This document shows, one piece after another, positions 35,603-47,925 of a stretch of 64,000 nt of DNA. Each line of letters starts with the position of its first letter. Position 1 is the first letter of the stretch. The DNA lies in the NCBI RefSeq assembly GCF_018977255.1, contig NW_024704757.1, positions 13,826,001 through 13,890,000 of the forward strand, given 5' to 3'. The notes beneath the pieces were generated by a model. That model saw nothing but the letters and a program-made list of their open reading frames with translations. It searched no databases and had not been told where the DNA came from. Made by a program: the position numbers and the translations under genes. This DNA comes from Callorhinchus milii. Taxonomy: Eukaryota.

Positions 35603-38261
35603 ATACCTTATTGAGTTTTCGGGCTTGTAGGTGTAACAACCCCACTCCCCAAAGGTTTCAGTAGCGCATAAAATCATTATCTACAATGGTGAATTGGCTC
35701 ATCCGAGCCCCGATACCTTTTTCTCCAAAGACGTCCAAATAGTATTTCCAGCCAACAACATATCTTGAAGCTAACACTTGATTGACACATAATTAATTGT
35801 TTTATTGGGCATCTGCTCCACATATCTGCAAGCTTGTAGAAAGAAATATTCCTTCTAATCTCGTCTTCCTTAAGACGGGTTCATTTTAAACCTTTAGCTC
35901 TGCGGTCAAAATCTGAAAATAAACTGGCTGGAATCGCCATCATCTGTGTGTCTCATTATTTCGAAGACTCGAAGGATTATATCTTCCTCGCCCCCTCCCA
36001 ACTCAATTGTATTCACACCAACAAAGACAGTTGTGTTTCTGAGTCTTCCCTAGAGCCCGAGCTCTCAGAATCATCCTGCTCACTTGTCCCCGAAATCCTC
36101 TCCCATTCCTCAATGTCATTTTGAAGACAGACTCCTCAAAATTAAATCATTTCTGCGGAAATGCAAGTTAAAAATATATAGAAACTTCTGACACGTCGAA
36201 TAAAGTGAGGAACAATATTGTCACATTACCCCCCAGCGCTGAGTCCTGATCAAATAACAATGGGAGATGAAATTCGGACAAGAAGCAATTCTTTCCTGGC
36301 ATAATAAAATCTTGCTCACTCCTGCGAGGAATCAAAGGGTTATGGACAAGAAGTTTACAGAACAAGTATTCAAAATATAGTCACCGGCAGAGGAGAAGGG
36401 GCTTTGGTTCTTTCCAAAGGTGTGATTTCTGACACAGTGTCACTCTCAGCCTAAAATTCACAGACCTAAAAAGATCTGAATTCCACAGAAATTCAGGAGG
36501 GCACATCTTCCAGATTTAATCTTCAGATCCCTAAATTAATTACAAAGTATGTCTCCCTGACCCTTAAATACATGCTGCTGCACATAATTGTATTACATGT
36601 TCCCTGCAGCATTGCCAACCTCAACAGTTTTTTATGCCCACCTATGCAAAATTAATGTATTGAATAAATATAATAGATACAATCTTTATTGTTTATGATC
36701 CCTGAAGACGCTTTTGGAAATGTCTGCAGACATGAGCAAATTGACACTGCAATATTGTCGAGTCAAATGCTGGGATATTTTCATTCTTCATTTGAAGAGG
36801 TATTTTATCATCATTTCGCACACAAACCGGGATCGAACTCACAGTCGTGCGCCGAGGGGGGAAATCAAAAGACCGTGACTGAGAACAGAGTTAGAAAAAT
36901 GGGAGATGTTCACAAACTCACGGATCAGGCATTAGACTCGAATTGGCTGGTGCCACTTGTAACCTTGAGCTTCGCTGGAGATTCGTTTAGTGTGGAGTTT
37001 GATGAAAACTGTAGTGTATAGTGAGTAGCTGCTCCTTCGTTTCGAAACACAGCAACCTGCTGTCTCATCAGTAATTTGGTTTCATAGCAAATCAGTCAAC
37101 TTCCCATCCTTTCAATCTCATGTGGTCTAGCAATGGTGTGATTCTCAAGAAATGCCCAGCATGAGGTGGGAGAAGCTGCTTTCACAGGATATGGTGTCTT
37201 AGCCTCATTAGAAAACTGGCCCCTGCGCTTGGGCTGCTCAGTTGCTGAACCGGATACGCTATTTCCTCTGAATACTCATTGCCAAGTCACAATAACTAAA
37301 TGGTTGGACTTTTTATTGCAGCGTCTTTGCTGGGAAGCTTGGAGGAGCTTTACTGGTACCTTACTTGGTTGCAAGTCGGCCTTACTAGCCTTTTACGTCA
37401 TAAAAAAAACCATTTTCTTTTCTAATGACATAACCTCTATTAGAGTGCTTACTTTCCCATCTGACAGATGAACCACAATCAAAGCACTGCTGGTAACCAG
37501 TGATGGATTTGGACAATGAGCAGAGACGTTGTGTGACGCTGTGTGACAATTTTAGTGGTGAGATCAAGTGACTCAGGAACTCTGTGTGGTTGGCAAACTT
37601 TCTTCAGTGACAATCATTCATTCAGCTCCTTGGCTTGGCATTTGCACCTGAGCAATCCTGCATCAAATGGCTCCAACGGCTGCATTTAAGGAAACATTCA
37701 GGAAAACTCAGCCGTGCTTCTATCTGATGGCAAATTTTGCATTCTGCAAGCTTCACACTCGGTTAGCGATGAAACATTTCAGCCCTGTTGTGACAAGCTG
37801 TGGAGTAAGCCTCTAGACTAGTCAACACTTGGACTGAAAAGGCTCTAAATTGCCACAACACAAAGCTGGTCGAAAGTGCTGCTCTCGCAGTTAAATGCAA
37901 AGAAGAAGCTAAACCTAATGAACTCAAGTCAACGGTCTTGCATGAATTCAGCCTTTCAGGATGCTAAATTTTCACCTGACTGCAGTAAATTAAGGCTGGA
38001 AAGTTTAAGCATGTTAATTGCAATGCCCTGGTAAAAATTAAATTGTCCCATTCATCAGATGGTCCCCATTAAGAAAATCCATCAGTGCAGATTTAAACAC
38101 ATAGAGAATCAATTGGTGTCTGAGCAAATTCCTCTTATGAAACAATACCCATGTTAACCAGGTATTTCTTTTAACTAGTCTCAACTGAACTTCTTTTAAT
38201 TGTTTTTTTTTCTCTCCCTTTCTCCCCAACCTCCCCTTAAAAATTGTGAGCTCAAAGACCA

Positions 38262-38330
38262 AACACAAGGCTTTGAATCCTTAACCTTCTATCCACAGAC
38301 AAGTGTGCCACTAACTGAGTCAGGCTGCCA
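38262..38330 (-). mobile_element. Deu-SINE head fragment
   Basis: AACCTTCT..AGTGTGCCACTAACTGAGTCAGGCTG is the reverse complement of the family B head. Confidence 0.55.
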
Positions 38331-38909
38331 CCTATATTAATAGGACACGATGGTTTGGTAGTCAAACTTTCCCCAAGAGAGCAAGCAAAGGTGAGAAATG
38401 ACAACAATAACCATTTTAAATGGAATTGAACAGCGGGGAAGATGGAAAACACCATTTTTTTGTGAAAAAAATTGCCATTATTTTAGGTGAAAGCAATAAA
38501 CATCTAAAGGGTATTTCATCAGACACTAAAACATTCTCATAGATAGCACATCTATACTCAGCTAAAATGCAATTAAGTTGTGCAGCGCGCACATAAAGCA
38601 ATGGGTGGCATCAACTGAATTCATGATACATCACTGGCCGGCAGGGGTGATTGACTTTTCGTTTTATCATCTTTGTTAAGGCAGCAATATTCTGAATTTT
38701 GTTTCAGGTGTAGTTTGATGGCTTTATCCATTTGTCCCAACTGCCATTTTAGACCACAACACAGCTGCCGAAGAAACAAAATGGAGCATAGGTTCAAAGC
38801 AGGAAGCTGGATTTGCTGTGTTGCTCGAAATGCAGGAGAAATCTCCCCACTGGAGCGCATCAAAGGAAATCTACTGCTCAAAATATCCAACAGTCAGTTA
38901 TACTCCTTG

Positions 38910-39145
38910 TGTTTGCATTTGATGAGCCCCTGATCACATCGCCAAAATGTCTCAAAGGATTTACTGTAAAGTATAAGGACTGCAGGCAGTTTGACCAATC
39001 AAACCAGTGAACGACAATCTTATCTGGGGAGTGGTTGACCAGGACACCAGGAGAAACTCCCTTCTCTTCTCGAATAGTATCATAGGATCTCTAAGGCTTT
39101 AAAGTCCATCTGAACAGGCACACGGGACCTCGGTTTAACATCTTA
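38910..39145 (-). mobile_element. Deu-domain SINE, 5'-truncated
   Basis: CCAGGACACCAGGAGAAACTCCCTTCTCTTCTCGAATAGT..GTCCATCTGAACAGGCACACGGGACCTCGGTTTAAC. Confidence 0.85.
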
Positions 39146-39312
39146 CACCGGTTTAACGGCACAGACAAAATGGACTGAATGATGCTTTATAATCGTTTCA
39201 TCCAGTGCCACATTCTGTGCAAGTACGGTCAGTGAAAGCAAATAAACTGGAAACGACTTGTACTCCGAATCTCAAAGATATAAAGAGCCATAAGTATGGC
39301 TATATCTTGGAG

Positions 39313-39760
39313 TGTCAGCCTGGCTACAGTACTCTCAGTATTGACAGTACTCTCGCCTCTGTGTCAGAAGGTTGTGAGTTCGCGCCCCACCTTTACGAAC
39401 CTGTACGGACTGGGCTGACACTCGAATGCCGTGTTTGTTGCATGGTTGGGGATGCCGTCTTTCGAATGAGACACTAAACTGAGGTCCCGTCTGCCTGCTC
39501 AGGTGGACGTTAAAGATCTCCTGGCACTATTCGAAAAGAGAAGGGAGTTTCTCCTGGCGTCTTTGCCAACAATCCCCCCAAATAAAATACGGTCAGTCAA
39601 TTCATGGCTGTTTGTGAGACACTGCTGTGTACAAATTTGCAACAAAATACACAGTTACTACAGTTTACAGTAAAGCCTTTGAAATGCTTTGAGACATTAT
39701 CCCGACTTAAAAGGAGTTGTATCAAATGCACAGATGATTATTATCATTATTATTGCTATT
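39313..39760 (+). mobile_element. Full-length Deu-domain SINE (best family B copy)
   Basis: GTCAGCCTGGCT..CTCTCGCCTCTGTGTCAGAAGGTTGTGAGTTCG head, GATGCCGTCTTTCGAATGAGACACTAAACTGAGGTCC, GGTGGACGTTAAAGATCTCCTGGCACTATTCG, 3' module, ATT-rich tail. Confidence 0.9.
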
Positions 39761-40552
39761 ATAAGCTGAACACTGGTTGGATACAGTTTGATAGAATGTT
39801 ATTTCACTTCTGAAGACTGACCTAAGAAACTCACCCCTGCAGTGAAAATGACACTAAAGTGTTTACCATGAAATATCCTGTATCTAGCAGGTATTGCTCA
39901 TTTGTATATACTTGGTATGAAACATTAAAAGCATATTGTAATTACATAGGATTCCAACAGCTTTGGATTTATTGCTTTTTTCTGGACCATATATAATCAT
40001 TTTGGTCATAAAGTAATGAATAAATGCTCGATAGATAAATGCACTTACCACAACAATAATTAGTCCAACATTACAATGCTCACCTGAATGATACAACAGT
40101 TAAGAGTCCACTTATAGATTTTCCTTTAAAGTGCAACATCTTAATAAAAATAGTTTTAAAATAATACATCTTAAATTACCACTGGCCCACCTGCTTAAAA
40201 CCATGGCCATCAATAACATTAATAGTGAGGGCAAGCATTTGGATCAATGTGGTGGTAAATACATTCTAATATTGAGAATGCCTTATTTCATTGCATTCCT
40301 ACATTAAGATGTTTTTCTAGAGATTAGAATACAGCACTAAAATCACTCCCTGTTATTTTTTTTAATGATATTTGAATGTTATGCATCATTTGGTTTTGGG
40401 TTTGTTTTTTTGGGTGCCAAATGGAACTGTGAATGAGTGCCGTGGAACTGATGTTTCCTACATCAACAATTTTATCTAATTTGTGCGAGTTTAATCCAAG
40501 AAATAGATTTGTAGGAATGCCTTGGTCCACCAATATATTCTAATACATAAAA

Positions 40553-40730
40553 ATAATACATAATAACCTTTACATTTGTTATGGCGACTTTCACATTGGG
40601 AGGATGTCTCAAAGCGCTTCACGGGATTTACTGTAATGTGGAGTGACTGTATATTTGGTAGGTGAACGCAACAGTCAATTTGCATACAGCAATGTGCCAC
40701 AAACAGCTATGAAGTGAATGATCAATTTTG
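40553..40730 (-). mobile_element. SINE 3' half
   Basis: GATGTCTCAAAGCGCTTCACGGG..GCCACAAACAGCTATGAAGTGAATGA. Confidence 0.85.
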
Positions 40731-41264
40731 TGTCTCAGTGTAGATAAGTGTTTGCAGTTCCCACTTTCTCTTCTAGACGTGACAAGTCCTCTCATGGTTT
40801 GAAAGGGTCATGTGTCAACCAACAAGAAAAAAAAACATATTTTAAGTCCCTTGATATGGATGATGTGAGTTGGCAGAAAGAAAAGCGACAGTATGAAGAT
40901 ATTTTTTTTAAAAGTTCACAAATAAGCAGAAAAGGGGGTTCTGAAGAGTTCTGAGTAGTCAATAATTAGAATTGCTTCTATTCCAGTGAATGCCTTGCTT
41001 CTGAGATGTGGAGCTTTTCCAACATTACGGTGTGAAAGTAGTGTTGTGTGGTGCAGAACAAAGAGTATTAGCCAGTTTAATGAAGTAGGATTAGCTAATG
41101 GAGTAATACTGGATAAATTCACAGTGCATTGCAGGCCAATTAATTATCCTGTATGTGTGAGCAATGAATAACACAGCAGCACCATACATTTATGAACTCC
41201 GTAAGGGTCTATATTTACTACCTTTACTGATTCGATCCTGACTATTATAATCAGACGGCTATAT

Positions 41265-41370
41265 AATAATAATCCTTACGTTTGAGTTAGCCCCTTTCAC
41301 ATCAGGATGACATCTCAAAGTGCCTCATAGGATATACTATAAAGTCTAATGACTATTTTGTAGGCAAAGC
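41265..41370 (-). mobile_element. SINE 3' module
   Basis: (AAT)n CCTTACGTTTGA..ACATCTCAAAGTGCCTCATAGGATATACT. Confidence 0.75.
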
Positions 41371-42496
41371 TCAAACCTTATTGAAAGCTAAACACATTTT
41401 AATTGTTTCTGGCAATATTATTTCAGATTTATTGCACTGTTAATGCTATATAGATAGGCTATTATTGCTTGGTTAAGCATTCTGTATCAGTTATAGTGGA
41501 TACTTCAATTGGGTGTTAACGAACATACCATTCAACTAATTCGATTTGTTCCTGGGGAGTGGACAGTGCCAGAGTTCAAACATTTCTTGAACCACAACAA
41601 GATTGCACAGTAACCTGGCAGAGAGACTATAAACTATATCCTTCCCATCTCTGTGCCTGGAGCTTTGAGCTATGAAAGAAAAACTAACCAGAGTTTTAAC
41701 GGACGAACAACCTCAAATGTATTCGGTTTCTTCTATTCACAAGTGGGATTCCCATCACGGAAAAGAGACAGAATCTCAATAACATGGATATCTTGGACGG
41801 ATGAGAACAAATCAGTCGAAGAGCCTTCTTCCTCGAAACCTCTCCTACGATCTTGTGAGGTCGAAGGCAACTCTCTTCAATTCTATTCCCTTGTCTTTAC
41901 TGCATATCCCTCATGGCTTCATTTACCAACTGCAATTATCTACATACTCGATGACAGTATCCCATCAGATATTGAATTTTATCCCCGTTATTTGGGTTGC
42001 CCAAAATGAAAGGAAGTTTCACTTCGGAATCTACGGTGAGAGAAAGCTGGAATTAAAGAAAGTTGAGATCACTCGGGAGCTGCAGGATTTGGGCTGGTTT
42101 CTGTGCTCTGAGTACTTTGAAAATGAGTGGAGAGTGTTGCTTACGGTTCACAGGAGATGGTCAATGGATCCCTACTGAGCTTTTGGAAAGCATGTTGATG
42201 GTCGAGGGGGAGTGACATTTAAATTCACTGCTCCACGCTGTTGACACATATTCATTTCTGTATCAAAAATGAGATGGGCTTTCCAAAAATACCATGACTT
42301 GTACTCTAGATTTCGAGCAAAATTCACTCGACCAAATCCTTTATATCCAAAAGCATGTCTGTTTCTTATTGTAAAGTTTAAAAAAATGGAGTAACTGCAG
42401 CACTATTTATTTTCTGCGCGTGCAAGTAAGAATCTATTGTTAACAGGCACGTTTAATGCAATCATGACTTCGGGCTCCATAAGGGATGCTACATAA

Positions 42497-42595
42497 ATAA
42501 AAATCCTTGCATTTAATATAGCCCCTTATCATGTCTTCGAGACATCTCAAAGCGCTTCACAGTGAATTGACAGTATATTTTTGTAGGTGAAACGT
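42497..42595 (-). mobile_element. SINE 3' module
   Basis: ATCCTTGCATTTAATATAGCCCCTTATCATGTCTTCGAGACATCTCAAAGCGCTTCAC. Confidence 0.85.
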
Positions 42596-43273
42596 AAATG
42601 CAAGGTTTTGTTATTAAGGCAATAACAGTAACCTGTATGCATTAATTATCTGGAGTCTGAGACAGAGCAAGATAGTAATATTTACAGTTGCAATGGCAGG
42701 GTGGGGGGTGGGGGTTGTAGAAGGTAAGGAACCTGTGAAATCAGATGAGGCAATGAAGGTTTTACTCAAGCTCAAGAGAGCTTGATAGGACATGCAAATG
42801 CACAACTAAGTGCAGAACCACACCTCCGCTGACCTTGAATTCACTCTTGAAGTCCATAAAGAATTGGGAGTCCAGTTAGCCAACGGAAATAAGACCCCCA
42901 ACTTTTAAATTCTTAAGTCTTTTTGTAATTAAACCCTAAGAATTGTCGTTGGCATTGTTTTTCGATCAGAAAGGATTTGTAATAGCCCCCAAGAAGCTTT
43001 CAATTATCTTGGTCTGTGTGAATTCCCGTTTATGTTAAAGGTTTTAGCATGGATTTGATGTGGAAACGGCATCGAATTGAGAATACTGTGTGGTGCAACG
43101 GTAGCATGGAATAACGTGGATAGTCCACATCACTGCACACTCCAGCGATTTCCTCAAGACTATATATATATAGTATGTTGATCTTTGCGAGCAGATTCCT
43201 ACAATGATAAAAAGTCACAGCGCCTAGCTCTCTTTCTCTTGCTCGCGCTCTATCCCAGTTTTACATTATAGGT

Positions 43274-43644
43274 GGAGTCCTGTATCTCAGTGGTTAGATC
43301 ACTCGCCTCGCAAGCGAGAGACCCGGGTTCGATTCCCGACACGCCGAAATGTTGGGCAAGTTTCCTTACTCCACACGCCTCTGTTTACCTAGCAGTAAGT
43401 AGGGACCTGCTTGTTGGTCGATTGGTGAATCGTTTTTCTAGGGGTAATAATTCCTTCAAAGACAAAAAAAATTGGTCACTGCAATCCACGACTGTTTGTG
43501 GACGCTGCTGTGTGTAATTGGCTGCTACGTTTCGCCCACAAAATATATAGTCAATTCAGTTTACAGTACATTCTGTGAAGCGCTTTGAGACGTTTCAAAG
43601 ACGTGATAAGGCGCGATATCAAATACAAGCATTATTATTATTAT
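43274..43644 (+). mobile_element. Full-length tRNA(Ala-CGC-like) CORE-like SINE (best family A copy)
   Basis: Anticodon arm CTCGC-CTCGCAA-GCGAG, B box GGTTCGATTCC, TTGGGCAAGTTTCCTTACTCCACACGCCTCTGTTTACCTAGCAGTAAGTAGGG (aligns by eye to the MIR CORE), shared 3' module, (ATT)n. Confidence 0.9.
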
Positions 43645-45142
43645 AAATTCATGTACAGCACTACCAGTGCTTTGCAGCATATCACTTAGGAATAACAGTC
43701 ATATGAAAACCCATTTTAGGAAACTGCCTGCATGCGATTCATTAGAAATTGGGTTTCACTTAGATCTCATTTTTTTTTACCTTCCATCAAAACAAGTTTT
43801 GTACTATAAAATGATCAACATACGCTATTCCGAGGGATAGAATATAAAATTATATTGATATATTTGTTGAAAAACCTGACCCTAAAATTTACATTTTGCA
43901 TTCTTTTTTAGTGTTATTATTATTTCCAGATGAATTCTGTACAACTGGCATTGGAATATAGTACTTTATCACCTGCAATAGAAGCAGGCGGTTATGCAAT
44001 ATCACATGGTACAATGTAAAAAGTATTAACTAACGGAAAAGTAAAATCTTTGTATCCCAAGCTTTAGATTCAATGATAGATAAATGTTTGCTTGATTTTA
44101 CTCTTCTGCGTAACGCCAGCCGTTTGGAAGTTACTCAGAACTCGGGCATATTTGCAAGTTAATGATTTTTTAATTAAAAAGGGAATTCAACTCTAATTAG
44201 AGTTCAGCTCCCCTTTGAAATGGATATCAGAAGAAACTTGACTTTTCCACACTCTAATTGCATTTCAATTCATTAAAATATTGGCCATAATTGAGGAATA
44301 CTATCCATTATTAACCAATCCTAAAGCAATTCCACCAAAACATATGGTGCTGTTCCTCGATAATGTGCAAGAACTAAGGTTTCTGTTGCTATCGCTATTC
44401 TATACACAATTGGTAGGAACTGTACTTGCTGGAGGGCTGTTCAGACTGCATCAGATATTTACAAAAATCCATCCTTTTTTGGTCCCATTTCCTTTGTGTA
44501 AGTGCTGCCATTGCTTGTTCAGCCAAAGCCGCGCACTTCTGCATGAATACTTTCTTCCCTTTCACAGTAGAGCATCAGTTCAAGTGCAGCAATGTGGATC
44601 ATTTCACCTTTTCCCTTAGCTTCAAATGGCCAGTGTTACAGTGAGCTGACTGAACGCAACCAACTGAGGGGGAAGAGCAAAACGGTTAAGAGGCTGTGCT
44701 GTTGGCCTAAAACTCAATGAACTTCTTTGTTCCATTTGTGCTGTTGTAATAGGAAGTTAAGACTTACTGAACTCTCTTCCGAGCCTGATAGTGAAAGATT
44801 GTTATTCGGAGCTTCATTGAAGAAATCCGAGATTTGCATTCTACTCGCCATCTACGTAGATCTGCAATTCTTTACAAAGAAACAGCCACAGGAACAAACA
44901 TGAACAGGAAGAGGCCTTTCAGCTCATCGAGTCTGTACCATTTGTTCATTAAATCTTGGCAGATATTTCTCCACGCCCCTTAATGCCTTTCAACCTAATA
45001 AGATAGTGCGGTCGGAATAAATAAAGGAACTTTGAGAATCAAACGCTGTGTGAAATCTGACACTCCGATGCAGTACATGCTACATTGCTGTGGATGTTTT
45101 ACTTCAGATGCTCAACTGATGTCTCATCTCTTTCTTTTGCTA

Positions 45143-45275
45143 GTTCAGGTGGACATTAAACATCCCGTTCTCCTGGTGTCTTGGCCAATACTCCTCTCTC
45201 ATTCAAGAGAAGATTAGTTGGTTATTGATCTTGTTGTTGTATACAAGATGTTGCTGGTGCAGCTTAGCTGTATAT
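45143..45275 (+). mobile_element. Old Deu-SINE fragment
   Basis: GTTCAGGTGGACATTAAACATCCC..TCTCCTGGTGTCTTGGCCAAT. Confidence 0.65.
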
Positions 45276-45335
45276 TTAACCATTGCTACAGCACAATATG
45301 TTTTCAGTTTCAAAGTGAAATAACCCATAACATAT

Positions 45336-45362
45336 CACACACACACACACACACACACACAC
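45336..45362. repeat. (CA)n microsatellite
   Basis: Pure CA run. Confidence 0.95.
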
Positions 45363-47489
45363 TGCCATGAAATACCATCATGCACTTCATCACCTTTCTG
45401 TGCAAGGTACCAGTAACTCAATTGGAAAATAGAATCACTTATGAGGCAAAATAAAAATCCTCTTGCAAACCGATTATATTGTGTTGACTTCCTTTGTTCC
45501 AGTTTCAAGCCCTTTAGTTCCTCCAAACTTATGTTAAATGTTTGAAATTCGATTCAGGGTGAAGTCAATGCTATTCTGGCTCGAATTTGTACTGTAAATG
45601 AGATCAAAAGATACGGGAATGAGCAACATGGGGGAATTCTCTTTGCTAGCAACGTCTCAATTCACTGACAGTAACAGCCTGCGAAAATGATCTTACTTGA
45701 GGAAAAAGCCAAAGAGATATTTTAAAGATTAAATTCTCGCTATTAAAATGTCATCGCCAGCAAACAGATTTTTTTTTAACAGACCTTTGAGTAAAAAGAG
45801 TCAACAATTAAGATTAGCATTTGCTCAAAGCTTTTCGGGGGAAAATTGATGCATGCATCCGCGAGAAGGGAATAGAGTGGAGGGGTTCAGTTACAGTGGA
45901 AGCTCATGTGGAGTACAAACGTCAGCAAAAAACAGTCAGGCTGAATGGCCGGTTTCCGTGATATAACGTTCGAATTAACTCTATATAATTTCTCTAATAT
46001 TTTGACGTGCCGTTTTTTGTTGGGGCAGGAAATCCAGAGTTGCCTAAAATAATCGTGGTTCCCTGCTTCGCTGCAACTTTTTGGAAAGGAAAGCAAAAAT
46101 TCTGTTCGCACTGTGTGGCGCTGATTTAAGCAAACGAAAGAAAAAGATCAGAAAATAGAATCCACAAAAAACAGAATCAAACTGGAGAGACGGGGGGGGG
46201 GGAAGAACTTTTTCATCCCGATCAGAATTGATTTTGCAATCAGAGCGCGAACATAATTAAAATGCATGAGAAGAGAAATTTCCTGAGTTACTGAGGGGAC
46301 ACCCACCAAAACAAATTGTCCGTGACTCCCAGTTTGTCTTCGATTTTGTTTTGGAGGCTTTTAGCCGTAATAAAAAAGTCTGGATGTCAATTTTTAAGAG
46401 GTGCTGCATGATACACAGACACACACTCACGCAAGCAAACACCATGAAAAGTACAAAGGCTTTGCTGTGCCGCAATCGAGCGAGTTAGCAATGTGAGAAT
46501 GCCCTTGCGTGATTGAAACTGGTTTCAATGCACGGGTCTAAATGCCTTTAAAAGGGCAGACATAAACTCAGCAATCGCCACGCCAACTCTCTGGGAAGCT
46601 TAGCACTGATCACGTCAAAAGCATAAACTCTTGAGTCAGTTTGTCACAAAATGCAAGGACAATTTCAAATCGCAAATCCTAAGAAGATCACCGATCGGAG
46701 CAATCAGGTTTGTGCTCATTCCACCTCTGACCCTTCCCACCCCACTCTTGAAGCATCCCCTTCCAAAGCACACCAGCCAAAACAAAATATACAACACACA
46801 GCATTTTGCTTTGCAGTCTCCCATGTGCTCCCCCATGCAAAGGCAATAGTCAAGTGCATAAATGATTAATGAGATCGGGTAGCAGATGTGTTCGTTGATT
46901 CCTCTTTTTGTTTGCATATCATTGCGTAGAGCTGCTCACATTATTCTGCTGGAACCGCATTATGCAAAGTGCTGTTCCACCAGTTACCAGTAACAAGGAT
47001 TGCTCTATTTTCCTTACTTACAATACACGCAATTCTTCCAGCCTTTCGAGGTCTCAAAGCCACTGGGTTCGAAACTCGATTATGATATTCAAGGCCATAC
47101 ATAATCAACATAATCAATAAAACTATTTGCTTGAGGAGTTGTGTTTTGTTAACTTGCTTGCTAGGTAACTAAGGGCCTGGATGAATGTGCTTTACACTGG
47201 CTGATCAACAATAACAACGGATTCATCAAACATTAATTTTATGATTGGTTGCACTCTTTAACTTAAAAATCTGCTGCTCCATTACAAGGTGGGTTCCAGA
47301 ATTTTATGAAGCGCTTTATTAGACAGAGGCTCAGTGAGGACCTCAGGCTGAAAGTCAACTGATTCCAAGTACAAAGCACCTTTTACATGAAGAGGTGTGG
47401 ATTGTGGCTTTCAAAGAGTTCACTGCGGTTCATGGCTATGGTGCAAATGGCAGCTTAGGAGGAGCATAGCATAGCACAAGAATCTAATA

Positions 47490-47540
47490 TACATTTATAT
47501 CGCGCTTTTCGCATCGGAAGGACGTCTCAAAGCGTTGGAT
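47490..47540 (-). mobile_element. L2-type 3' terminus
   Basis: ACATTTATATCGCGCTTTTCGCATCGGAAGGACGTCTCAAAGCG. Confidence 0.7.
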
Positions 47541-47711
47541 TGAAAACGATGGGAGACTGAAGGGCTGCCCGGCCGTTACAAGATGGAAGCCACCTTTAAA
47601 TTGTAATCTGCAGGAAAAGCAGTTTCTATCTTCTGAAACATGCTTGCTCACACGATAAACAATGATCCTGACATTCGGTGCCGAGCCTCGTCACAGAGGA
47701 CAAGTCTCATC

Positions 47712-47925
47712 AAAACATCTCGACAGCGCTTCACATGGTTTTACTGTAAAGTGTAGTGACTGCTTATTTGCTGACAAATTGACTTGGAAGGATATGTTCA
47801 AAATGCAGTATAATAATAATCCTTGCATTTGATAGAGCTCCTTATCACATCATTGAGACTCAAAGCACTTCACAGGGTATACTGTAAAGTGTAGTGACTG
47901 TGTATTTTCTGGGCGAAATGCGGCA
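47712..47925 (-). mobile_element. Two tandem SINE 3' modules
   Basis: ACTGTAAAGTGTAGTGACTG occurs twice (~47743 and ~47881), each preceded by CTTCAC. Confidence 0.85.

Noticed and set aside
43274-43345. tRNA-Ala(CGC) gene (also 28546 and 57874)
   Set aside because: The acceptor stem does not close properly and the sequence continues into the SINE body; these are SINE heads.
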